From Balneolales bacterium (GTDB taxonomy: Bacteria > Bacteroidota > Rhodothermia > Balneolales > Cyclonatronaceae): a stretch of DNA of 42,518 nucleotides. Numbering within the stretch: position 1 is the first letter of the stretch; each line of letters starts with the position of its first letter. The stretch spans positions 1-42,518 of the forward strand of contig SLDG01000123.1 of NCBI GenBank assembly GCA_007125355.1. The letters are read 5' to 3'. The notes below the pieces were generated by a model. It was not told the origin of the DNA. It ran no database searches and saw nothing but the letters and a program-made list of their open reading frames with translations. Made by a program: the position numbers and the translations under genes. This document shows positions 1 through 9,400 of this stretch, piece by piece.

Positions 1-22
1 CAGCTGAGCTACCCACTGTCTT
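1..22 (-). tRNA. possible 5' fragment of a tRNA gene truncated by the window edge
   Basis: The reverse complement of nt 1-22 reads AAGACAGTGGGTAGCTCAGCTG. TAGCTCAGCTG(G) matches the U8-A9 plus D-stem/D-loop consensus of many bacterial tRNAs. Only about 20 nt are visible and the implied acceptor stem would start with C, so no isotype can be assigned. Confidence 0.3.
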
Positions 23-395
23 TACCACTTTGTAGCTACCCGAGCTTTTGTCAATAACCTGCACGCTTGTGCTTCCGCTTTTATTTCGTTTTTTACGTAC
101 AAACATGCGCTAAAATACACTAAAAAACACTGCGGGACACCCAAGAATCAATTTTTAGACTCGTAAGTCATTAAATATCAATACCCGAAAAAATCAACAC
201 AAAAAAGTGCGGAAGTCAGGAGCCGAAACCAAAGCGGTTATTGAGCTATTTTCTAAGGACAAACCAACTCTGTCATTAATAGCGGAATACCGGCACTATA
301 ATACGCCAAGGACAACCAAATTAATCCGGCATGTAGTCGAACCAGTGATGATAGTAGTTTTCAAGTTATTATGAAGTTACCCATTTCAGGCTCTG

Positions 396-423
396 GTAGA
401 GACGCAAAATCTTGCGCCTCTAC
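396..423. repeat. 28-nt palindromic hairpin element GTAGAGACGCA-N6-TGCGCCTCTAC (copy 1 of 2)
   Basis: 11-nt arms with one A/C mismatch. It has the same outer sequence and the same 28-nt length as the perfect palindrome at 14216-14243. Confidence 0.7.
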
Positions 424-572
424 TGTGCGTCATGGGCAAAAATGGTTGATTTTGTTGTATTTAAAACAAGGTATTCGGGTTTGTCCTACCGTGCCTCGAT
501 TATCGGGGAGCGATGCGAAGACGAAGGGTTGGCATTAGTGGATTAAAAAGCACTCCTTGATAGTGCAGACAA

Positions 573-640
573 TCCTTCGGCGACGCCGATAGAACTATCT
601 AAACCTTTATAACATCTGGGCTCGGCTGCTCAGGATGACG
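573..640 (+). repeat. dispersed intergenic repeat, core module copy A (TCCTTCGGCGAC ... GCTCAGGATGAC)
   Basis: Aligns by eye over about 70 nt with the reverse complement of 19866-19936, and more loosely with 34068-34140. It shares two terminal boxes and has an internal stem (GCCGA/TCGGC). Confidence 0.6.
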
Positions 641-693
641 ATGCTTTTAAGAGAATACTTTTAAAACATTTATTACACATTACCCCACCGAAA

Positions 694-2496
694 CTACTCA
701 ATAATTATATCAAACGGCAATCGCGCATACGTATGATTTGGGTCATCGAGTTGATTCAGGTAGTTGAATATAGATAGCAGATTAGATGGTAATTTCGACA
801 TCGTGTTTTCGCGTACACCTGCTTCACCAATTACGCTTACATTAAAGCTTCTCAGGATTCTGGTCCTGAAATCATCTTCGCGCTCGTATGTTTTAATTCT
901 CCAGTCGTCTGTTTCGGCAAGCTCAGCGGCTTTGGCAATAGCATCTCTGAGGCCGCCGATTTCATCTACGAGACCTAACTCAAGCGCATCGAGACCGGTC
1001 CATACACGGCCTTCGGCTATTTCAGCGGCGTGCGTTCTGTCCATATTGCGACCTTCTGATACCCGATACAGAAAATCATCATACGTTTCCATAGTTGAAG
1101 AATGGATGATTTCCCATTCTTCTGCTGTCGGTGAACGGTCACTGGTTCTCAGGTCAGCAAACGGATGCGTTTTAATGCCATCATAGGTAATCCCGTACTC
1201 CTCAGAAATTTCATCTAACACCGGGAACATGGAATACACCCCAATCGACCCTGTAACTGTCGCTGGCGCGGCAAAAATATGGTCGGCATAACTGGAAATC
1301 CAATATCCCCCTGAGGCTGCCACATTTCCCATACTCACAACAACAGGCTTTTCCTGGGCAAGCAAGCGCATTTCCCTTAAAATAATTTCAGATGGAGTAA
1401 CACCACCGCCCGGGCTGTTTACTCTAACGACAACCGCTTTAACATCTTCGTCTGTTCTTATCCCTCTAAGAAGCCTTGCGGTATAGTCACCGGCAATGTT
1501 GCTTTTGCCGCTACCACCTACAATTCCACCTTCTGCTATAACAAGCGCTATGTTATCTTTACCGCTTTCGTATTTTTTACTGCCTACATTATTGGCATAA
1601 TTGGCATAACTGACTTGTGTGAACGGTTTGCTTTCATCCTCAATTTCTGTAAATGCTCTCAACGCGTTTAAGGCTTCATCATAATAAGTAATACGGTCAG
1701 CAAAACCGGCATCGAGTACGGCATTGGCATCACGCATTCTCGCCGGGTCAGATGAAAAAGCCTGAATAAACTCGGGTTCTATCCCCCTTGATTCCGAGAC
1801 AGCCTGCAAAAACTGATTGTAAGAGCCCTCAAGAATCGACATGCGTTGTAATCGATCTTCAGCACTCATTTCCGTCCTGAAATACGGCTCCAATGCCGAC
1901 TTAAACGAACCTGCTCTTGAAATGTACAGCTTTACGCCAAATCGCTCCATTGCATTCTTGTAAAACGTGCGTGAAGTACTGTATCCGGGCACATTCAGGC
2001 TTCCGAACGGATGCATAAAAATGCTGTCAGCTACAGAAGCCAGAAAATAGGAACGCATGTTATAGGAATCATTGTAAGCATAAATGGGCTTGCCTGATTC
2101 TCTGAAATCTTCGAGTGCCTGTCGGACTTCGAGCAGTGTTGCCTGTCCGGAAAAATAAGTACCGCCTGTCGGCACGCTACCGGTGAGATAAATCCCCGAA
2201 ATCCGCTCATCTGTTGCAGCATAATCTATGGTATGCAGCAGCTCACGAAAATTTATTGTAGATGAAACCCCACCGCCTAAAACAGCATTTTGGATAATCT
2301 CGCTCGGCTCAACCGTTACAGGCCTGTCGCTGATAGGGCGATTTATATTCAAAACCAGCACTGAGCCTTTTTTCACTTCCGGTTTGTCATCCTTAACCGC
2401 GAAAAAAACTACAGCTGAGAAAATTCCAATGATGATAAATAGCGTCACAAAAATGGCGACGAATATAGATAATAGGTTGAGCAAAAATTGTTTCAT
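694..2496 (-). CDS. sppA: signal peptide peptidase SppA, 67K type (tandem S49 domains)
   Basis: 600 aa with an N-terminal TM anchor and two ClpP/S49-like halves. Has the motifs VNSPGGG and GNVAASGGYW. ATG start; stop lies 3 nt downstream of the preceding gene's stop (minus strand). Confidence 0.9.
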   Translation of the reverse strand: MKQFLLNLLSIFVAIFVTLFIIIGIFSAVVFFAVKDDKPEVKKGSVLVLNINRPISDRPVTVEPSEIIQNAVLGGGVSSTINFRELLHTIDYAATDERISGIYLTGSVPTGGTYFSGQATLLEVRQALEDFRESGKPIYAYNDSYNMRSYFLASVADSIFMHPFGSLNVPGYSTSRTFYKNAMERFGVKLYISRAGSFKSALEPYFRTEMSAEDRLQRMSILEGSYNQFLQAVSESRGIEPEFIQAFSSDPARMRDANAVLDAGFADRITYYDEALNALRAFTEIEDESKPFTQVSYANYANNVGSKKYESGKDNIALVIAEGGIVGGSGKSNIAGDYTARLLRGIRTDEDVKAVVVRVNSPGGGVTPSEIILREMRLLAQEKPVVVSMGNVAASGGYWISSYADHIFAAPATVTGSIGVYSMFPVLDEISEEYGITYDGIKTHPFADLRTSDRSPTAEEWEIIHSSTMETYDDFLYRVSEGRNMDRTHAAEIAEGRVWTGLDALELGLVDEIGGLRDAIAKAAELAETDDWRIKTYEREDDFRTRILRSFNVSVIGEAGVRENTMSKLPSNLLSIFNYLNQLDDPNHTYARLPFDIIIE

Positions 2497-2499
2497 TTT

Positions 2500-3333
2500 T
2501 TATTTAGTTTGTTTTTGGGATTTTTGTGCAAGAGCGAGAATACCTGTTCCTGATTGATTGCTACCGACAGTATCTGCAAGCATAAGTATTAATGATGGCA
2601 GAAGTGTAAAAATATACCAGAATGGAAGCAGTAACACACCGAAAAATCCGACCCGATTCAAAAACAACATGGGTAATTTGATAAGCATAACCCAGGCAGC
2701 ATGGCCAAATTTGCCGTATGTGTATTGAATTTTTACGGGATTAAACCCTGCCAGTTTCAATTTTTCTGTGATGTCTTCTTTGGAATATCCGGCACGGGCG
2801 TGTTCATCTACAAAAAACTCATCATCGCCGGCGTCTTCTTCAGCTAAATGCGATGGAGAATGCATCAAAAAAAATCCGCCGGGATTCAGACTTTCGAACA
2901 TGTTTATCATGACACGAACATCTTCGTGGATATGCTCAAGTACATCCACACATAAAACAAAATCGTAATCCGGTTCTTTGTAGTCCAACAAATCCTGTTT
3001 TTCGATCTCCATACGGCCATTTTCGACCTGTTTTTTGAAGTAAAACCGGCAATCATCCAGATAATCGTCTTTTACATCTACCGCTTTCACGAAACTTTGG
3101 CTGAAAATATTCAGCAATACACGGTCGTACTGCCCGAAGCCGTTTCCTGCATCCAAAATTTTGTTGATTTCATTGCCATTGATACGCTTCAATTCACGAA
3201 GGATTTTTCTGACGTGCCAGCTTCGCAGAAAAAACAAGTCCAGGGTCAAATAAAATAACCACCTGAGAAAACGTGAATTTCTAATAATCCCAGCGAATCT
3301 ATCTTTAACCGGGTCGTACGCAATCTGACTCAT
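2500..3333 (-). CDS. class I SAM-dependent methyltransferase with C-terminal membrane helices
   Basis: 277 aa. Motif I is ILDAGNGFGQYD, post-I/II motifs are VDVKDD and CVDVLEHI, and two hydrophobic helices lie at the C-terminus. Overlaps the upstream GT2 gene by 4 nt (ATGA). Confidence 0.75.
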   Translation of the reverse strand: MSQIAYDPVKDRFAGIIRNSRFLRWLFYLTLDLFFLRSWHVRKILRELKRINGNEINKILDAGNGFGQYDRVLLNIFSQSFVKAVDVKDDYLDDCRFYFKKQVENGRMEIEKQDLLDYKEPDYDFVLCVDVLEHIHEDVRVMINMFESLNPGGFFLMHSPSHLAEEDAGDDEFFVDEHARAGYSKEDITEKLKLAGFNPVKIQYTYGKFGHAAWVMLIKLPMLFLNRVGFFGVLLLPFWYIFTLLPSLILMLADTVGSNQSGTGILALAQKSQKQTK

Positions 3334-4280
3334 TCTCCGCCCCTTATGGTTCCTCTGATATTTATCCGTTTTTCATCTTTTCTGTTTCGGGATATCATCT
3401 CGCCAAACAAACCAATAGTGAAGAACTGTATACCAAGCAGAATCAGTAGAATACCGAAGAGTAGCAACGGCCTGCCTGCCAGAAACTGATTAAAAAATAT
3501 CCGCATAATTACCAGATAAAGCGTAATACCACCACCTGCAATCAGAAAACCTGAACCGAGTGTACCGAAGAAATGCATCGGGCGCTGTAAATAAAAATGG
3601 ATAAACATGAGCGTCAATAAATCCAGAAAACCGTTTATGAACCTGGATAGCCCAAACTTAGACTTCCCATATTTACGCGGATGATGTTTTACTTTTTTCT
3701 CCTGAATATTTCTGTAGCCATCCCAATATGCGAGCAATGGAATATACCGGTGCATCTCTCCATACAAATCGAGCCGGTCTACAACTTCTTTTCTGTAGGC
3801 TTTCAAACCGCAGTTGAAATCATGCAGCTTTATCCCTGTAACAATCGACGTTATTTTATTGAAAAACCTGGATGGAATGGTTTTAGTGATTGGATCTCTC
3901 CGCTTTTGCTTCCATCCGCTAACAAGGTCGGCGCCATTTTTAATCATTTCGATCATTCCAGGAATTTCGGCAGGATCGTCTTGTAAATCGGCGTCAATAG
4001 TCACAACGAATTCGCCTTCTGCAATTTTAAACGCTTTATCTAAAGCATTACTTTTGCCGTAATTCCTGCGAAACTGAATACCTCTTACCTGCTTGTGCTC
4101 ATTAGCCAACTTTTGAATTACATCCCAGGAATTATCCGTAGAGCCGTCATCCACGAAAATTACTTCAAATGAATAATCGGACGTCAGAGCATCTTCAATC
4201 GCTTGATATAATTCAATTAAAGATTCCTCTTCATTCAATAATGGAACAATTACGCTGACCTTGTTTAAAATCTTCTCCAA
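3330..4280 (-). CDS. family 2 glycosyltransferase, polyprenol-phosphate glycosyltransferase type (DPM1/ArnC/GtrB-like)
   Basis: 316 aa with VSVIVPLLNEE, VDDGSTD, IDADLQDDP and two C-terminal TM helices. The start codon is TTG, with no nearby in-frame ATG. Confidence 0.85.
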   Translation of the reverse strand: MEKILNKVSVIVPLLNEEESLIELYQAIEDALTSDYSFEVIFVDDGSTDNSWDVIQKLANEHKQVRGIQFRRNYGKSNALDKAFKIAEGEFVVTIDADLQDDPAEIPGMIEMIKNGADLVSGWKQKRRDPITKTIPSRFFNKITSIVTGIKLHDFNCGLKAYRKEVVDRLDLYGEMHRYIPLLAYWDGYRNIQEKKVKHHPRKYGKSKFGLSRFINGFLDLLTLMFIHFYLQRPMHFFGTLGSGFLIAGGGITLYLVIMRIFFNQFLAGRPLLLFGILLILLGIQFFTIGLFGEMISRNRKDEKRINIRGTIRGGE

Positions 4281-4483
4281 TGGCAGAGATACATTTATTC
4301 GTTAATATTTTCAGTTTTCTACAGCCCTAAAATAAGTATTTTGAGATGTATTATTATATGCAGATTTTACATGCAGATAGTATCTTTGAATGATGGTGAT
4401 TGTCAATGTCTTTTTTGCGATTCAATTATTTATATTGAGGCTATGAAAAACCTTGGTTTTACTAAGCCTTCAATCGGGTTATT

Positions 4484-4816
4484 ATGAAAAAATTATACTA
4501 CAGTATCGGAGAAGTCAGCGAGCGAACGGGCGTAGAAACCCATGTTTTAAGATACTGGGAGAGTATTTTTCCCCAATTAAATCCCACAAAAAACAGAGCA
4601 GGCAAACGCTTATACAACGAAGGCCATATTGATGTAGCATTGAAACTGAAGGAGCTTATCAAGGATAAAAAATTCAGTACCGCCGGCGCGCTACGAGCTC
4701 TGGAAAACAAACCCAAGGACGAAATCGAAGCCACAGAAGACGGGCTTCCTGTAGATTTAAAGCGTGACCTGTCTGAAATAAAAATTCTTCTTCAGCGAAT
4801 ATATGAGCAATTGTAG
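4484..4816 (+). CDS. small MerR-family transcriptional regulator
   Basis: 110 aa. The N-terminal HTH is YSIGEVSERTGVETHVLRYWESIFPQLNPTKNRAGKRLY, the RYWE/F-type MerR signature. ATG start. Confidence 0.8.
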   Translation: MKKLYYSIGEVSERTGVETHVLRYWESIFPQLNPTKNRAGKRLYNEGHIDVALKLKELIKDKKFSTAGALRALENKPKDEIEATEDGLPVDLKRDLSEIKILLQRIYEQL

Positions 4817-4828
4817 TACATTAACCGC

Positions 4829-5470
4829 ATGAAATTAATCCCACTATTCCCACTTCAAATTGTTGTTTTTCCAAATCAGATAATCCCCCTGCATATATTC
4901 GAAGAGCGCTACAAAAAGATGATTTCGGAATGCCTGAAGAAAGATCAACCCTTTGGAATTGTAAGTTACATTGACAAAAAAATATCTTCCGTTGGCTGCC
5001 TTTGCTCTATTGAGAAAGTCCATAAAAGCTATAGCGATGGCAAATACGACATCGTTTGCAGGGGAATTGACCGGTTTTTAACGCATTCCTACAACTCGAA
5101 TGATGTATATTTAAAGGGAAATGTGACTCTGTTCCATGATGAAGAATTACCCCCTGCGACAGAATCCCATCTTTTTAACGATGTCCTTAAAAAATTTAAA
5201 AAGTTACTGCAGGCGTCTATCACAATTCTTGAAGATACCGAAGTTGCAGATCCTGCTAATTCTTTCGAATTTGGACATTCTGTGGGATTTGATCTTGCCC
5301 AAAAACAAAATTTACTTGAAATTAAAACAGAGCAGGAACGCCTGAAATTTATATCCAAACATATTGATTCGGTACTCCCAAAGATGAAAGCCGCGGAAGA
5401 AATTAAAAGCAGAATTCGGAATAATGGCCATTTCAGGCAATTTCCACCAATCACATTTAATCCCGATTAA
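4829..5470 (+). CDS. LON substrate-binding (Lon N-terminal) domain protein
   Basis: 213 aa starting MKLIPLFPLQIVVFPNQIIPLHIFEERY, typical of stand-alone Lon N-terminal domain proteins. Lies 12 nt after the merR-like gene. Confidence 0.75.
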   Translation: MKLIPLFPLQIVVFPNQIIPLHIFEERYKKMISECLKKDQPFGIVSYIDKKISSVGCLCSIEKVHKSYSDGKYDIVCRGIDRFLTHSYNSNDVYLKGNVTLFHDEELPPATESHLFNDVLKKFKKLLQASITILEDTEVADPANSFEFGHSVGFDLAQKQNLLEIKTEQERLKFISKHIDSVLPKMKAAEEIKSRIRNNGHFRQFPPITFNPD

Positions 5471-5474
5471 TATC

Positions 5475-6350
5475 ATGCCTCTAAGCAAAGTTCAAAAAGG
5501 AAAATTCAGTTTTTTTACGATAGAAACCGGGCGGTTCAGCCTTGATGGCGGGGCTATGTTCGGTGTGGTTCCAAAAACAATGTGGAGCAAGAAAATAGAA
5601 TCTGATGAGAAGAACAGAATTCCAATGGCCATGCGCTGTTTATTGGTACATTCTTCAGAAACTGACAGGCTCTACCTCATAGACAACGGTGCCGGAACAA
5701 AATTCGATGAAAAAATGAGTGCCATTTACGGATTGTACTACGATGAAGGAACACTGGAATCATCTCTCGCTGAGCACGGTTTTTCTGTTGATGATATTAC
5801 GGATATGATTTTTACACATCTCCACTTCGACCACTGCGGTGGGAGCACGGCTTTTAATGAGAATGGCGAAGCCGAAATTGTCTTCAAAAATGCAACACAT
5901 TGGGTTTCGAGAAAACAGTGGGTAAATGCTAATACAGCTAATGAACGCGAAAAAGCCTCTTTTCTGCCCGAGAATATCGAGCCTCTGAGACAAAGCAGAA
6001 AACTAAAGCTGATTACGGAAGATCATGAATTTGAAAAGGGATTTACGATCGAAATGGTCAACGGCCACACAAAAGGCCAAACTCTACCATGTTTTGATAC
6101 CGATAATTTCAAGATGGTGTATGGAGCTGACCTGCTTCCCACCCACGCGCACATCCCCCTGCCGTGGATTATGGGATACGATTTATACCCCGTTGACACA
6201 TTAAGCGAAAAAAAGAAACTGCTTGAAAAGTGGAGCAATGAGGGGCGTTATTTGTATCTTGAGCACGATGCTGAACATGAAATTGTAACCATCGAGAAAA
6301 AAGGCGAACGCTATAGCGCGGGCAAATCATTAACATTAAACGAACTTTGA
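5475..6350 (+). CDS. MBL-fold metallo-hydrolase
   Basis: Has the HxHxDH motif (THLHFDHCGG) plus downstream His/Asp ligands. I prefer the ATG at 5475 (MPLSKVQ...), 4 nt after the upstream stop, over the ORF-track start at 5424, which overlaps the previous gene. Confidence 0.8.
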   Translation: MPLSKVQKGKFSFFTIETGRFSLDGGAMFGVVPKTMWSKKIESDEKNRIPMAMRCLLVHSSETDRLYLIDNGAGTKFDEKMSAIYGLYYDEGTLESSLAEHGFSVDDITDMIFTHLHFDHCGGSTAFNENGEAEIVFKNATHWVSRKQWVNANTANEREKASFLPENIEPLRQSRKLKLITEDHEFEKGFTIEMVNGHTKGQTLPCFDTDNFKMVYGADLLPTHAHIPLPWIMGYDLYPVDTLSEKKKLLEKWSNEGRYLYLEHDAEHEIVTIEKKGERYSAGKSLTLNEL

Positions 6351-6450
6351 GAGCATCATTTCTCACTTTATTTCTGATCAATTTCAGGATTTTTTTTAGT
6401 TGTGGATGAACATCTCAAAAACGCTTTCTGTTTTCAATAAATAAGGAACC

Positions 6451-9400
6451 TTGCCGTTAAGCATACAGCCCACGGACAACGAACAGGATTATCAGGTGAA
6501 GGAAAACAAAGACGAAAAACAACAGATAAACGATTATCGCAACATTGTTCAGCGATATCGTTCAAAGCTAAACCGGAATCGGATTTTATCCGTCATCTCA
6601 GGTTTTTTGGTGGCTTTTTTGGCCATTTTTCTTGTTTTTCTTTTTGTTGAGCAAACTTCCTGGCTTTCTCCCCTTTTAAAATCGGTATTTGCAGGCGCGG
6701 CTGTTTTGGCCGGAATCGGAGCTGCAATCTGGATTTTCAAATCACTGAATTTTTATCGTGAAGGTGATTATTACCGGCGGGTGACAAGAGACAAAAACCT
6801 TAGCTCACTACGATACCTGTTAGATTTAACTGCTGAAACTACAGATGACCCATCTCTGCTCAAAGACGCAGCGGTTAAACAAAACCTGAATGCGCTAAAC
6901 CCACAAAAAGTGAAAGCTACTTTTGCTGAGTGGAATAAAGGTGCCTCCGAAAGTTCTCTTTTTAAAACACTTAGTATAAGTACACTTCTATTGTTACTGG
7001 TTACGGCAGTGTTCAGTTGGCAAAATCCGAATACCACGCTTCGCGCTGGCACTTTTTGGGTGGCCTATGAAAAACCCAATCCATTTAATTACGCCGTTGA
7101 TCCCGGCGACACGCTTATCGAGCAAGGTTCCCGTTTTTACGTAACTGCAAATTTTGATGGCCCAAAGCCCGACCGTGTTGTATTATCATTCAGAACATTG
7201 GTTGAAGAAGAATTCAGATTAATGCCCATGGAAGAAACCACACCCGGAACGTTTGTATCTGAATCAATTGAGGCGTTTTCTGATCTTATGTATTACGTCA
7301 GAATGGATGAATTTCGCTCAGATACTTTTTCAGTGGAGACATCCCAAATCCCACGATTCCGCGAACTGGTAGTCGAGACCATTCCTCCGGGATATACCAA
7401 TCTCGAAACTCAAACTCATACATATCCTTTCAGCAGAATTGAGATCCCCGAAGGCTCAGAAATAAACATCAGAGCGAAAGCGAATAAGGATTTGACAGAT
7501 GTTATCATGAAACGTCGTACCGAATCCAATATAGAACTTGCGAATGATTCGCTTCAGATTTGGAATACTACCTTCCAACTTGCTGAATCCGATTCCATTC
7601 GTTTCAGCCTGAAGGATGCTGACGGGCTAGCAAATCGTAATCCTTTTGGGTTTACCATCAGTGCAATAAAAGATCAATATCCGTCGGTTCGCATTACGCG
7701 TCCGGAGCTGGTAGTGCAGAAACTCAATCCTGAATCATTGTCTGTTAGTTTTGAAGCGAGAGACGACTACGGATTTTCATCCATTCATCTGCGATATGAA
7801 GTTCTGGAGGGCTTCAGTGATGCCACAAGACGCGGTTCAGTTCGGCTTTCACGCAATGCACCCGCTTCGGTGAATTCTACTTATGAGTGGGATTTGCGTC
7901 CGCTTAGCCTTCAGGCGGCTGATGAGGTAACTTATTGGATTGAAGTTAATGATAACGACGCGTTTAACGGATTTAAACGTGCTGAATCGGCTCGACATAT
8001 TCTCAGAGCTACATCACTGGCAGAACATTTTTTGGATCAGGAACAACGCGAAGACAACGTAGACAGCGCGCTTGACGACCTTGCCAGACAAAGCGAACAA
8101 ACCCGCGAGGAACTCCGTCAATTAAGGGAAGACATCCTGCAAAATCCCGATGACAGCTGGGAACAGCAAAGAAAAGTTGATGAATTGATGGATCAGCAGG
8201 AAAGCATGAAGGATCAGCTTGATGATATGATGCGGGAATTTGAGCAACTCAGACAAGAGCTGCAGCAGGATGATATTCTTTCGGAAGATACGCTAAGGAA
8301 ATACGAAGAACTGCAACAACTTTTTGAGGAAATTGACGACCCTGCCATTCAGGAAATGCTCGAAAAATTACGCGAAGGCCTTGAAAATATGGACAGGGAT
8401 CAGATCCGTGAAGCAATGGAAAATCTGGAGTTTAATGAGCAGGCGCACCAGGAGCGGCTTGAGCGGACTATTGAGCTTTTAAAACAGCTTCGCATAAATG
8501 CCGAAATGGATAAAATGGCTGCCATGCTTGAGGAGCTTCAGAAACTCGAAGAGCGCATAATGGAAATGGAAGATACAGATGATCAGCTCCAACAGCAGGA
8601 AAGCGTTCAGCAGCAGTTAGAAGAGCTGATGGAGCAGTTTGAGCAACTTCCCGAAAAAGGGCCGCAACGCAGGCAGCAAATGCTCCAGGATATGGTGCAG
8701 GAAATGATGCCCGACATGCAGGACATCATGGACAGAATACAGCAAAACATGGAAGAACTCGGTCAGCCACAACCAAACACCGAACAAAGCCGACAACAAC
8801 AGCATGATATTTCAGAAAGCCTCGGACAAATGAGCGAGCAAATGCAAAGCTTCAGAAACCAGATGAATCAGGAAAGCATGTCGGTTAATATCTTTGCTCT
8901 GAAGACTATACTACAGAATCTCATTTTACTTTCTGATGCTCAGGAGGAACTAAATCTTCAAACTCTTGAGCTGGAACCAAACAGCCTGGCATTTCTTGAT
9001 CATGCAAGAATTCAGCGAACCATTTCGGTTAATTTCAATCAGGTAGCAGATTCATTGATGGCTGTGGCAAAAGAGGTGCCTCAATTTCCGAATTTCGTTT
9101 TGCGTCAAAGACAAGAAGTACAACAATCCCTCGACAGAAGTATGGAAAGCCTGATTGAGCGCAATAAAAACAATGCAACCACGGCTGAACGCATGGTACT
9201 TGGCGGGATTAACACACTTGGAAATCTCGTAGCTGATTTAATTGACCAATTGGATGATTCTGACGGAAATGGCGGAGGCGGCGGTGGTATGAGCGCCGAA
9301 CAGATGATGCAGCAAATGCAGGATATGAGCGGCGAACAACAACAACTGAATCAAATGATTCAGGATATGATCAACGATATGGCCGGCGAACGTTTGACAC

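Noticed and set aside
43-52. Second AGCTACCC word 36 nt from the putative tRNA fragment, considered as an att-like partial tRNA duplication marking an integrated element
   Set aside because: Only 8-9 nt are shared. No integrase or other mobile-element gene is present in the window, and the match length is within chance expectation.
764-1186. 140-aa plus-strand ORF inside sppA. The same applies to other long antisense ORFs: 12748-13230 (in dnaJ), 20633-21187 (in sbtA), 36469-37017 (in accD), 26147-26569 (in the SLC12 gene), 15250-15576, 28354-28647 and 33390-33749.
   Set aside because: Each lies entirely antisense to a gene whose product has strong family signatures. Their translations are low-complexity (Ser/Pro/Arg/Leu-rich) with no recognisable motifs. 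They are typical shadow ORFs.
4443-4487. 14-codon mini-ORF (MKNLGFTKPSIGLL) whose TGA overlaps the ATG of the MerR-like gene (ATGA)
   Set aside because: The arrangement is attractive for translational coupling, but I see no RBS, cannot assess conservation, and an ORF this short is expected by chance in AT-rich DNA.
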